Of a DNA stretch of 64,000 nt, positions 28,944 through 38,292 are shown piece after piece. The DNA lies in assembly GCA_963847705.1 (NCBI GenBank), contig CAWKBC010000030.1, positions 96,001 through 160,000 on the forward strand, given 5' to 3'. Numbering within the stretch: position 1 is the stretch's first letter; each line of letters opens with the position of its first letter. This stretch comes from an uncultured Pseudomonadota bacterium. Its GTDB lineage: Bacteria; Myxococcota_A; Polyangia; Fen-1088. A program made the translations under genes and the position numbers. A model generated the notes under the pieces. The model was given only the letters and a program-made list of their open reading frames with translations, ran no database searches and had not been told where the DNA came from.

Positions 28944-30182
28944 TTGTACGCTCCGAACACTGGTAGTAGTGTTTTAGCTGTCACCGCAAGAGGTTGCAGT
29001 CTGTATACGATCACCCTCCCGATTCCCGTCCACCAGTCGCGCGAGGGGGCGATCCGGATCTTTTCGCCGCTGGCCCGTGATGTGTTGGCGCACGTTCGGT
29101 ATGTTCCGGCGCTCCGGATCATCTGTCCGACGGCCGGAAGCGCTGATGAGATCTCGGATTCTCAAGAGATCAATCTGAACGAATACCCCGGTCTGTCGTT
29201 TCGTCTCCTCCCCTGGAACGGCGGCCGAAAGAGCTGGCTCCTCAAGGCACCCGCGATCTGGTCCATTCTCGCCGAGGAGGCACGCCGAGCGGATGTGTGG
29301 CACACCGCCTGCGGTTGCAATCTATGGGACCTGACGACGATGAGCTACCAGGCAGGCGTGAGGTATGCCAAAGGGCTCAAAATCCTCTGCCTGGACAGCG
29401 ATCCGGCGTCGATGTTGGAGCAGAGCGGCTTGCGCGGGGCCTGGAAGGGAAAGTTGGTGCGGACACGATACGAACGTTGGGCCGCCCAGGCAGACGCGAC
29501 GATCTTTGTCGGCAGTGGCGTGTCGGAGAGCTACGGTCGTTTTGCGCGACGCTCGATTACGACGAATGCGGTCTGGCTCCAGAAGGGCGAGCTCGCCGAT
29601 GAGGCCGCAACGGCGGCAAAGTACGAAGATCCGCAGGAAACGGTTCGAATGGCAATTCCTTCTCGTCTCACCGCCTGGAAGGGCGTGGATGACGTGATCC
29701 TCGCCCTACCAGAGATTGCCGGCCAATTGGGGCCCGTTCAACTCGATGTGATCGGTGAAGGCCCCGAGAAGCCTCGACTCGTCTCGTTGGCGAAAGAATC
29801 GAAGCACATGATACGGTTTCTGCCTTCCGTGCCATACGGGCAGCCGTTCTTCACGTTGTTGCGTTCGTATCACGTGATTTTGGCCCCGACCAGAGCCCTT
29901 GAAGAAGCGAGGATCGTCTATGACGCGGCGGCCTCGGGTTGCGTGCTGATTCACTCCGCGACGAAAACGCTGGGCTCCGCGTTGCAGGGGATTACGCGGC
30001 GGTGGACCTTTCAGCCCGCGAGTCAACAATCCATTCAGAGCGCAATCCTCGCCGCATTCAGGGCCCGTTCACAATGGGGCGCGGCTGCACTGGAGGGCAT
30101 CGCGTATATGAAAGAGCGCACCATCGACGAGATGCATGCAATCCGCTCTCGTTTCGTGAACAACATCGTCGCCTCGATCTGA
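28944..30182 (+). CDS. GT4-like glycosyltransferase
   Basis: SRLTAWKGVDD, IGEGP, EEARIVYDAAASG; start uncertain. Confidence 0.75.
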   Translation: MYAPNTGSSVLAVTARGCSLYTITLPIPVHQSREGAIRIFSPLARDVLAHVRYVPALRIICPTAGSADEISDSQEINLNEYPGLSFRLLPWNGGRKSWLLKAPAIWSILAEEARRADVWHTACGCNLWDLTTMSYQAGVRYAKGLKILCLDSDPASMLEQSGLRGAWKGKLVRTRYERWAAQADATIFVGSGVSESYGRFARRSITTNAVWLQKGELADEAATAAKYEDPQETVRMAIPSRLTAWKGVDDVILALPEIAGQLGPVQLDVIGEGPEKPRLVSLAKESKHMIRFLPSVPYGQPFFTLLRSYHVILAPTRALEEARIVYDAAASGCVLIHSATKTLGSALQGITRRWTFQPASQQSIQSAILAAFRARSQWGAAALEGIAYMKERTIDEMHAIRSRFVNNIVASI

Positions 30183-30317
30183 CCGCCTGGCGAGAAGCTG
30201 ACGCCGTCGGCCGCCGGGGACAGGGGCACCGCCCGCCGCTCGCCGCAAGAATCTCCCCGGGTGGCAGGACAGGACGGGCGGGCGACGGGCAGCTGTTTGC
30301 CAGGCGCCGCGGCGCGC

Positions 30318-31955
30318 TCAGGGGCAGACGGGGGCCTGGGAACTGGGAGCGAGAGCGGACAGATCGATTGCGGAACCAAAGTCGGTGCCCCGAATCGCAC
30401 AGATAATGGCCTTGCTGTCCTCGAAGTCGCTGCGGACATAGTACCACATGGCGTTGTTGACCGATTCGCCGAAGCAGCCAGCCAGCTTGTAAGAATGAGC
30501 CCGAACGTATCCCTTGAGTGTCCTCACCATGCGCTCCCAGCCGGGAATGCCTATTGGTAAATCATTGTCCGCCAACGGTGACGAATAGGCATGAAACATG
30601 ACGACTTCTGGGTTGCGCCGCTCCAGGTACTGGGTGTCGATCTGACCGGCGTGGTGGGAGATCCAGGCGTCGTTGAGCCCCCACGAATCCACCGCGGTCC
30701 ATTCCGACAAGAAAGGCAGCAAGCCGGCCTCGGAGGCGACGATGGTGTAGCCCTTGGCGCGATATGGCCTGAGCTTCGTGGCGACTTCTCGGTGGGCGAA
30801 GTCGGCGCCCTGCTCGACGGGGAAGTCCTTCCGAAGAACGTACAGCAGGATGAAACCACAGAACCCCACGCCGATCCGAAGGAGCAGGCGGCTCACGGTG
30901 GACTGACGGGGCAACCGGAAGTCGAAGCCCAGGATCCCGGCCAGCTCGGTCACCAGCTCCGGCCACCCGAAGAGGAGAATGGGCAAGGCCGCATATTGGA
31001 ACCTTCCCTTTTGATTCATTTCGTCAGAAAGCAAAATCCAAATGAGCGTGAATCCACAGACGGGCAAAAACGTGAGGAGAGCCTTCTTCCGGAGAGGGCT
31101 GGAAAGCATGGCCAGGCCAACAGTGACCAGGAAGAGCCATCCGAAACGGATGATGTTTCGTACGGATTGAACGAGAGGCCAGATATGGAGGTGGCCTCCC
31201 CCCTTCTTGTAATAGGGGTTCGGAAGGGGATAGCCAAAGTAAGACCAGTGCCAGACGAAATAGGCGCCGCCGAACACGAGCATGACGATGAGGTAGCGCG
31301 CCACCAGGTGTCTGGCCCGGCCGGGGTCCATCGAGAGGATCAGCGAAATGGTGATGAACGCCCCGAGGAAAATGCCCTCCGGTCGGATGAGGCCGAGGAT
31401 CAGGCAGCTGAAGGCGTAGCCCGTATCAGCCCAGTCGCCCAGCCGATCGTCCACTCTGGCGCGGCCAATGACCAAGGTGACCAGCGAGAAGAGCGCGAAG
31501 GATGGCGTCCCGAAGTAGGCCGCGGTGAGAGCGAGTCCCGGCCCCAAGGCGAAAAAGAGCGCCACGAACACCGCCAGCGACACCCGCGCCGTCCCCTGGA
31601 GCCATCTGATCGAGAGGTAGAGGAGCGCAACAGTCAAAACATGGCAAAAGGCAGAGAGCCCCCAGGCCACCGCCGCAACGTCGAATCCCAGCCTTGCGAT
31701 CGAGCCCACGGCGAACATGTACAGAAAGTCGGTGGCGCCATCGACGGGCCGTTCGCCGAGGTTCCAGACGATCCCGTGGCCGTCGGCCAGATGTTTTGCA
31801 TAGCGCAACAACATCGCGGCGTCCTCATAGGGCAGGCCTGACGGACGGGCCCAGGTGTGGAGCAGCCAGGTCGTGAGTGCAGCCAGGGCTACGGCGATGC
31901 CGCAGTCCCTCCAGGTTATTCCGTTCGCGCGATCCGCTCTTGCCGCATTGCCCAT
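30318..31955 (-). CDS. Polytopic membrane protein, probable GT-C-fold (AftB-like) glycosyltransferase
   Basis: YEDAAMLLRYAKHLADGHGIVWNLGERPVDGATD after TM1, LIRPEG, YFGYPLPNPYYKK, periplasmic C-terminal domain. Confidence 0.65.
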   Translation of the reverse strand: MGNAARADRANGITWRDCGIAVALAALTTWLLHTWARPSGLPYEDAAMLLRYAKHLADGHGIVWNLGERPVDGATDFLYMFAVGSIARLGFDVAAVAWGLSAFCHVLTVALLYLSIRWLQGTARVSLAVFVALFFALGPGLALTAAYFGTPSFALFSLVTLVIGRARVDDRLGDWADTGYAFSCLILGLIRPEGIFLGAFITISLILSMDPGRARHLVARYLIVMLVFGGAYFVWHWSYFGYPLPNPYYKKGGGHLHIWPLVQSVRNIIRFGWLFLVTVGLAMLSSPLRKKALLTFLPVCGFTLIWILLSDEMNQKGRFQYAALPILLFGWPELVTELAGILGFDFRLPRQSTVSRLLLRIGVGFCGFILLYVLRKDFPVEQGADFAHREVATKLRPYRAKGYTIVASEAGLLPFLSEWTAVDSWGLNDAWISHHAGQIDTQYLERRNPEVVMFHAYSSPLADNDLPIGIPGWERMVRTLKGYVRAHSYKLAGCFGESVNNAMWYYVRSDFEDSKAIICAIRGTDFGSAIDLSALAPSSQAPVCP

Positions 31956-32120
31956 GGCTTATACGAGCCGGGAAGGTAACACACCTCAGGTGGAGGACGT
32001 CTGGGACTCGAAGGGTCGAGACCACGGGCGCGGCCGGCCGTTCAGAAGCGACAAAAAGATCGCGCACGTTTGTCCGATGAGCCCGGCTCGGCCGCTTGGG
32101 GTATAGTGCCGGTCGATCCG

Positions 32121-33419
32121 ATGCGCAGTGGCGACCGACCGCCTTCAGTGGCCCTCTACAGTCCGGGATGGCCGCCCAATCGTACCTTCAACGGCATTGC
32201 AACCTACGTTGGATGCCTTCGTGAGGCGCTGCGGGAGCTTGGTGTCGTCAGCCACGTCGTCACGGGAGCCGTGTTCGGCCCTGACGCGAACGCGACCGAC
32301 GCCATCAATCTCTCGGCAATGAGACTGCCGCGGGGACCAGAGGGGGCTCTTCGGCTCCTGGAGAGAATTCCAGGGGTGTCCTTCCCGGGTCTGTCATTTG
32401 GCTGGTCGATTGCGCGCGCTGTGAAGCACATCGTGGATCAGCCGCCCGATCTCCTCGAAATGGAGGAGACCTTCGGGGGCGCCTGGTACACCCAAAAGAT
32501 GCTGACCATCCCGGTGGTCGTCCGGTTGCACGGCCCGTGGTTCCTCAACGGAGTGGCGCTCGGCGTTCCGGTCGATGCCGCATTTCGGCGGCGCGAGGTC
32601 GCCGAACGTCGTTGTATCGCAGATGCGACAGGAGTGACCGCACCTTCGCGCGATGTTCTGAATCGCGTTCGAGAGAGATACGGCCTCTCCCTGCCAGATG
32701 CGGCGGTCATTCCCAATCCCGTGCTCCCTGTTCCAATCGAGGAGCGGTGGACGCTCCAGAGCTCCGACAAGAAGACGATTCTCTTCGTTGGTCGTTTCGA
32801 TCGCCACAAAGGCGGCGATCTGGTGATTGAGGCGTTCGCGGCCATGGCCAGTTCCCTGCCCGAGGCCAATCTGGTGTTCGTTGGACCCGATCACGGTCTG
32901 CGGAGCGATGACGGTGCGGTTCAATCTCTGCAGGCCTTCTTGGAGAGTCGTCTGTCTGGCGACCTCAGGAGGCGAGTTCAGGTCACGGGTCCGCTCCCCG
33001 CGGAGACGATCGCGGTCCTCCGCCGGCAGTCGTACGTGACCGTCGTTGCCTCGCGGTACGAGAATTTTCCGCTCGCGCTCGCGGAGGCGCTGTCTTTCGG
33101 CTGTCCGACGATCGCCGCCGACGTCGGCGGAATGCCAGAGATCTTGTTGTCCGATCAAACGGGCCTTCTTTTTGCGGCGGCAGACAGTGGTGACCTGGCC
33201 CGCAAGATCACCACGCTCTTCGAGCGACCCGAGCTGGCCGCGGAGCTCGGCCGCCGAGCCGCGCTCGACGTCGCCAGTCGACTCGCTCCGGCCACCATCG
33301 CGCGCCTCACGTTGGACTTCTACGAAAGCCTCTGGAAGAACTCTTCCGGCAGCCCCCGGTCATATCGCTGGCGGGCCTTCAACGCATTGACAGACCGGCG
33401 GGCGCTGCCGTTCACTTGA
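32121..33419 (+). CDS. GT4 glycosyltransferase
   Basis: NGIATY, VVRLHG, FVGRFDRHKG, SRYENFPLALAEA. Confidence 0.9.
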   Translation: MRSGDRPPSVALYSPGWPPNRTFNGIATYVGCLREALRELGVVSHVVTGAVFGPDANATDAINLSAMRLPRGPEGALRLLERIPGVSFPGLSFGWSIARAVKHIVDQPPDLLEMEETFGGAWYTQKMLTIPVVVRLHGPWFLNGVALGVPVDAAFRRREVAERRCIADATGVTAPSRDVLNRVRERYGLSLPDAAVIPNPVLPVPIEERWTLQSSDKKTILFVGRFDRHKGGDLVIEAFAAMASSLPEANLVFVGPDHGLRSDDGAVQSLQAFLESRLSGDLRRRVQVTGPLPAETIAVLRRQSYVTVVASRYENFPLALAEALSFGCPTIAADVGGMPEILLSDQTGLLFAAADSGDLARKITTLFERPELAAELGRRAALDVASRLAPATIARLTLDFYESLWKNSSGSPRSYRWRAFNALTDRRALPFT

Positions 33420-33460
33420 GACCAGACCCCACCTCTACCGAAAACTCCTACCCCCCGACC

Positions 33461-33520
33461 TCGGCGATCCTCGGCGATCTTCGGCGATCCTCGGCGATCC
33501 TCGGCGATCCTCGGCGATCA
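33461..33520. repeat. Tandem decamer repeat (TCGGCGATCN) x6
   Basis: Read directly: units end in C, T, C, C, C, A; intergenic. Confidence 0.97.
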
Positions 33521-33606
33521 AAGAAGGCGCCGACGGCAACCACCATGCTCTCGCCGTGATTTTTTCTGGTCGGGCACCTCTGGCTTGGGGGTAAAATCCG
33601 CGGCGG

Positions 33607-35622
33607 ATGCGAATACAGTGGGCTTGGGTAGCGTCCGTTCTCGGTATGTTCGCTCTCTTTGCCTGTGCTTCGGGTTCTTTCTACCACTCGACGAGCAGCC
33701 TACATCCGACCGATGCGGGGGCAGGCTACGACCTGGGGAGCTTCGACGCCGCGGCCCCGCCAGGTCCGCCGTATGGTTCCTGCGGGAACGGTCAGATCGA
33801 ATCGGGCGAGCTCTGTGACGGCGCCTCTCTGAACAACGCGACCTGCTCGCTCCTGGGCTACACCGGGGGAACCCTCGCCTGTTCCCCGGGCTGCCAGTTC
33901 GATGTCAGCGCCTGCACGGGCGGCACCATCACGCCGACGGTGGTCGCCTCGCGGACGAACTGCACAGCCCCCTGCGGCGTCTTCTTCGACGCGACCACCA
34001 CGGCCGGACTGTCGGGGTCCAACTACTGGCGCGCCAACTGGACCTGGGACTTCAACGACCCGACCAGCGCACACAAAGGAACGATCGGGTTTTCCGTCGG
34101 TCACGTCTTCGACAACCCGGGTATCTATCACGTCGTCACGCGGGTCCACGACCTGGGGGGGAACGCGGGCAGCACCACGACGACGATCACCGTCCGGCCG
34201 ATGAGCGGCACCACCTACTACGTGGCGAGCAGCGGGAGCGATTCGAACGACGGCACGAGCATGTCGACGCCGTTCTTGACGGCCACCCACGCCTTGAGCG
34301 CCGGCTACGCGACGAACAACACGATCTTGTTCCGTCGGGGGGATACCTTCGCAGGGGACGCCATCGGCAGCGTCAACTATTCAATCCCAGGACCCTTCCT
34401 GCTGGGTGCATACACCGACCCGGATCACCCGTCGACCGCCGACCCGATCATCACCACCGCGGTCAATGCGAACACGCAGTTCAACTTTTCCGCCAACGAC
34501 CTTCGCGCCCAGCACCTCCATCTCGTTTCCACCAACGGGATTAACCTGTGGTTCTGGCTGCCCAGCACCAACGGGCTGGTCGAGTACGTCGAGATGGAGG
34601 GCCTGGGAGCGCCAGGGACCAAGCAAGAGAACATCTATCCTGACGGCTCCGTGAACGCGTTCATTTTCGACAACTACATGCACGACTTCACGGCGTACGG
34701 CGTCTACGCCAGCGCCAGCAATCTCGCGATTGTCGGCAACAGGATCGTCAACTTCACGGGCGGCAGCGTGGCTCAATCGCTGCACGGCGTTCGGCTCAAT
34801 GCGTGCGAGGACGGGTCGGGTAACTGCAAAAACAACAACTACCTTGCGGAGAACACCATAACGGTAGGACCCACAGGAAACATCTATACCGCCTTCACTA
34901 TTCATGGAGACATGCGAAACACGGTCGTCGTGGGCAATACCCTCGATCATCCGTGTGGGATCGGCCCCACGAATGCAACCTCCACCGGTGGCCCGGACTA
35001 CGCGCTCTTCGAGGGAAACGTGGTGGACTGGTCGGCCCAGGACGGCACGGGGCTGACGCTCAACGCGGCCAAGGTGGAGGCCAGGAACAACCTGGTCGTC
35101 AACGGCGACATCGCCTTCTACGTCGGATACGGCGCGAACTACCCCCTGCTGCCGCCCAACTACGTCGATCAGGTTTTCGTAGAAAACAACACCGCCTATG
35201 TCAATCCACCTGCGCCAAGGCCGACGAATTTCGCCGTCCAATTCGCGGTACACCAGGTCACGACCGGGGCGGCCACGTTTCTCAACAACGTGTTCTGGCA
35301 GGGCAACACCAGCGCCGGAAGTCAGATGGTCTTTGCCGACGGCGCCGGCAGCGAGACCATCGACTACAACGACATGTATTCACCGAACGCCACACCGAGC
35401 GCCCCGAACGTGGGGACGCACGGGATCACCACCGACCCGCAGTTTGTCAGCCGCCCGGCCGACAGCGGGATCTGGCCGACGGTGCCGTCGAACTATGCCC
35501 TTCAAAGTGGCTCACCGGCGGCCGGCACAGGGACGAACACCCACGTCTACGAGGACTTTTATCGCGTGGTTCGGCCGCAGAACTCGACCTGGGATATGGG
35601 GGCGTTCCAGCACCTGCCGTGA
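33607..35622 (+). CDS. Secreted or lipoprotein with Cys-rich myxobacterial repeat, PKD domain and right-handed beta-helix
   Basis: LFAC lipobox-like; CGNGQIESGELCDG; WTWDFND..HVFDNPGIY (PKD); TYYVASSGSDSNDG..FRRGDTF; Asn-ladder repeats; ends with RPQ..WDMGAFQ. Confidence 0.8.
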   Translation: MRIQWAWVASVLGMFALFACASGSFYHSTSSLHPTDAGAGYDLGSFDAAAPPGPPYGSCGNGQIESGELCDGASLNNATCSLLGYTGGTLACSPGCQFDVSACTGGTITPTVVASRTNCTAPCGVFFDATTTAGLSGSNYWRANWTWDFNDPTSAHKGTIGFSVGHVFDNPGIYHVVTRVHDLGGNAGSTTTTITVRPMSGTTYYVASSGSDSNDGTSMSTPFLTATHALSAGYATNNTILFRRGDTFAGDAIGSVNYSIPGPFLLGAYTDPDHPSTADPIITTAVNANTQFNFSANDLRAQHLHLVSTNGINLWFWLPSTNGLVEYVEMEGLGAPGTKQENIYPDGSVNAFIFDNYMHDFTAYGVYASASNLAIVGNRIVNFTGGSVAQSLHGVRLNACEDGSGNCKNNNYLAENTITVGPTGNIYTAFTIHGDMRNTVVVGNTLDHPCGIGPTNATSTGGPDYALFEGNVVDWSAQDGTGLTLNAAKVEARNNLVVNGDIAFYVGYGANYPLLPPNYVDQVFVENNTAYVNPPAPRPTNFAVQFAVHQVTTGAATFLNNVFWQGNTSAGSQMVFADGAGSETIDYNDMYSPNATPSAPNVGTHGITTDPQFVSRPADSGIWPTVPSNYALQSGSPAAGTGTNTHVYEDFYRVVRPQNSTWDMGAFQHLP

Positions 35623-35818
35623 GACGCATTCAGAACCCCCGGGCGTTCCGCGCCGTCTTCTCCAGGTTTCAGGGCAAGAAGCGGGGGTCAGGCGTCGCGC
35701 TGTGCTTCCCGGGCTGGTGGTATGGTACGCGGAGATCCGGTCGGCCTCGGGGCGAGCCCGTCGTCCCGACGAGTCGTTCGGAGCGTTGTTGACCGCACGG
35801 ACCTGGGGATACGAAACG

Positions 35819-37411
35819 ATGCTTGTCGCCGAACCCTTCTATTTTGGCCATCCTTCCCGGCCGCTGTTTGGCTGGTACCACCCGCCCGTCGCTCCGGGCG
35901 GCAGCGCCGTCGTTCTCTGCAACCCGCTCGGCCTGGACGCGACCCGGGCCCACTGGAGCTATCGACATCTGGCCGAGCGGTTGGCCGCTGCCGGGCTCCA
36001 TGTCCTGCGGTTCGACTGGTCTGGGACGGGAGACTCCTCGGGCGACGGCTCCGAACCTGCTCAGGTGGCCACCTGGCTGGACGATCTGGGGCAGGCGATC
36101 GAGGAGCTGAAGCGACGGGCCGGTGCGGCGCGGGTGCACCTGGTTGGACTGCGGGCCGGCGCCACGCTGGCCGCCCACGGTGCGGCGACACGCGACGACG
36201 TCGACTCCACCGTGCTCTGGATGCCAGCGACGACGGGTGCGGCCTGGGTCAGCGAGATGGCCAAGCTGCACAAGCTCTACCTGCGGATGGTCCCGCAAAT
36301 CGACGCTCCTGAGCCAGGCGGCGAGGAGCTGCTGGGGTCTTTCGTCTCGGCCACCACCATCGCCGAGCTCGGGCGGATCGATCTGTTCGGGCTTCCCCGG
36401 CCGCCGGCGCCCCGGGTGCTGGTCGTCGAAGAGGGCACGCTCCGGGAGGGGGAGCGGTTGCGTGAGCGGCTGGTGGAGCTCGGGGCCGACGTCAGCTGGA
36501 CGCGCCAGCCCGCGCAGAAGTTTCTCCTCATGGTGCCGCATCGGGCGACGCTTCCCGAGGAGTCCATCGCGGCCATCGTCGGGTGGCTTCGCTCCTTGCC
36601 GGCGGCGGGCGCGCCTCTCCATCCTGGAGCGAGCGCGACGCCGGCCCGCTTTGCGGAGCGCCCGGTCCGGTTCGGACCCGACCATCGGCTGTTCGGCATC
36701 CTGACGCCCGCGGCCCGGCCGACGTCCGGCGAGCGCCCGGCCATCGTCCTTCTCCCCGCCGGCGCGGTGAACCGCTGCGGTCCGCACAGACTCTACGTTT
36801 CGATGGCGCGGCGCTGGGCCGATCTCGGGTTCACCGTGCTCCGGATGGATCTCTCCGGAATCGGAGACAGCCCCGCAGTGGCCGGAGAGCGGGAGAATCT
36901 GGTCTACCCGCGCGAGGGACTGAACGACATCGGCGCCGCGCTGGATTTTCTTGCAGCGGAGGTCGGCGCGGCGCGCTTCATCATCGTCGGTCTCTGTTCC
37001 GGCGCGGATCTCGCCTACCAGGCGGCGCGTCGCGAGGAACGGCTGGCCGGCGTGGTGATGATGAACCCCCGCACCTTTCTCGATCTCGATCTCAACCGGG
37101 TCGAACAGCCGCCGCCCCGACTCCCCCGTGAATCCGAGCCGGTGGAGACGGAGGAGGCGCGGCGGGTTCCGGCGGGCCTCCGGCAGATCTCGGAGCGCGG
37201 CCTCGACGCCATCTTGGTGGTGAGCGAACGTGATCCCGGCATCGACTACGTCGATCGCCACGCCCCGGCGGCGATGCGGGAGGCCGCGGCGGCTCTCCCG
37301 CGCTTTCGACGGGTCGACGTTCGGGGAACCGACCACACCTTCACCACCATCGCCTCGCAACGGCGGGTCGCCGACCTCGTCACCGACGAGTACCTGTCGC
37401 GTCACGGCTAG
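35819..37411 (+). CDS. Tandem alpha/beta-hydrolase fusion resembling the EPS/exosortase-associated hydrolase 2 + hydrolase 1 pair
   Basis: Domain 1: LRFDWSGTGDS, GLRAG. Domain 2: LRMDLSGIGDS, GLCSG, DHTF. ATG 35819 is in frame with the 35198 ORF. Confidence 0.82.
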   Translation: MLVAEPFYFGHPSRPLFGWYHPPVAPGGSAVVLCNPLGLDATRAHWSYRHLAERLAAAGLHVLRFDWSGTGDSSGDGSEPAQVATWLDDLGQAIEELKRRAGAARVHLVGLRAGATLAAHGAATRDDVDSTVLWMPATTGAAWVSEMAKLHKLYLRMVPQIDAPEPGGEELLGSFVSATTIAELGRIDLFGLPRPPAPRVLVVEEGTLREGERLRERLVELGADVSWTRQPAQKFLLMVPHRATLPEESIAAIVGWLRSLPAAGAPLHPGASATPARFAERPVRFGPDHRLFGILTPAARPTSGERPAIVLLPAGAVNRCGPHRLYVSMARRWADLGFTVLRMDLSGIGDSPAVAGERENLVYPREGLNDIGAALDFLAAEVGAARFIIVGLCSGADLAYQAARREERLAGVVMMNPRTFLDLDLNRVEQPPPRLPRESEPVETEEARRVPAGLRQISERGLDAILVVSERDPGIDYVDRHAPAAMREAAAALPRFRRVDVRGTDHTFTTIASQRRVADLVTDEYLSRHG

Positions 37412-37441
37412 CTGGCAGCCGCAGCCGACCGCCGGCGCCGC

Positions 37442-37702
37442 TCAGCTCGGCTGCTTGTCGAGATTCTTTCGAATCCACGCCGCGAGTGCCCGCACCGATC
37501 CGAAATCCTCCGGCGTGATCTCGTCGATCTCCACCGAGTACCCGAAGGTGTTCTCGATCCAGACCGCCAGCTCGAGCACCCCGGTCGAATCGATGATGCC
37601 GACAAGATCGGTGTCGAGCTGCAAGATGAGGCTGCGCCCCGATGACAGCTCGGTCTCGATGTGCGACTTCACCAGGCCCTCGATGTCGGGTTTGCTATTC
37701 AT
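37442..37702 (-). CDS. Acyl carrier protein
   Basis: 86 aa, acidic, GIIDSTGVLEL (Ppant Ser), EITPEDFGSV. Confidence 0.88.
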   Translation of the reverse strand: MNSKPDIEGLVKSHIETELSSGRSLILQLDTDLVGIIDSTGVLELAVWIENTFGYSVEIDEITPEDFGSVRALAAWIRKNLDKQPS

Positions 37703-38243
37703 GGGAAGATCGAGGGGCCTCGGCCGGGGGGCGAGTCAGTTTCGCGGGGACCCCCATCGCGATGGCGCCCGCCGGGACGTCGGTCAGCACCAGGGAGTTG
37801 GCGCGGATGATGGCGCGATCGCCGATGTTGACGGGGCCCAGGATCTTGACGCCGTTCTCGATGATGACGTCGTTGCCGATCTTTGCCAGCCCTCGCTTGA
37901 AGCGCTCGTTCGTCCCAACCGAGACGCTGCTCGCGATTCGGCACCGGTCACCGATCTCGACATCGGCGTGGATGATGATGTTGCGTGAACCACGCAGATC
38001 CACCTCCTCACCGAACTTGATCTCGCGATTGACGAGATTTCCCGTTGTGGCTTGGACGAAGAAGAGAGCGCTTCCGTACACTTTGAGACCGAGCCGGCGG
38101 AGGGTGGGGGAGGGAAGGTCGGCAGCCCAGTTTCCGAACCTTCGGACCGTGAGCGCCCACAAGCCCGGGTCGGTCAATGAGCGCCCGTGCCGCAGATAGT
38201 CGGCGTACACGGCGATCTTAGAGGTCGGCTTCATGGGAACCAA
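37695..38243 (-). CDS. LbH O-acetyltransferase-like protein
   Basis: Hexapeptide repeats IGDR..IGND..KILG..IGDR..ANSLV..GVPAK; overlaps the ACP start. Confidence 0.82.
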   Translation of the reverse strand: MVPMKPTSKIAVYADYLRHGRSLTDPGLWALTVRRFGNWAADLPSPTLRRLGLKVYGSALFFVQATTGNLVNREIKFGEEVDLRGSRNIIIHADVEIGDRCRIASSVSVGTNERFKRGLAKIGNDVIIENGVKILGPVNIGDRAIIRANSLVLTDVPAGAIAMGVPAKLTRPPAEAPRSSHE

Positions 38244-38292
38244 GACCTCGTCGAGCGAATAGGTTTGACAGCAAGGAGTCCCCCTCTGCAGA

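Noticed and set aside
31423-31450. Isolated GTATCA hexamers (also near 51130) as motif A
   Set aside because: They are intragenic and lack CCCTT at the 16-bp spacing.
33461-33520. Possible CRISPR array
   Set aside because: Contiguous 10-bp units with no spacers and no cas genes.
35198-35818. N-terminal extension of the double-hydrolase ORF (737 aa in the track)
   Set aside because: It overlaps the beta-helix gene in another frame and is low-complexity Arg/Pro/Thr; hydrolase similarity begins at ATG 35819.
35819-37702. PKS/NRPS secondary-metabolite cluster suggested by the ACP
   Set aside because: No KS, A or C domains in the window; the context is EPS modification.
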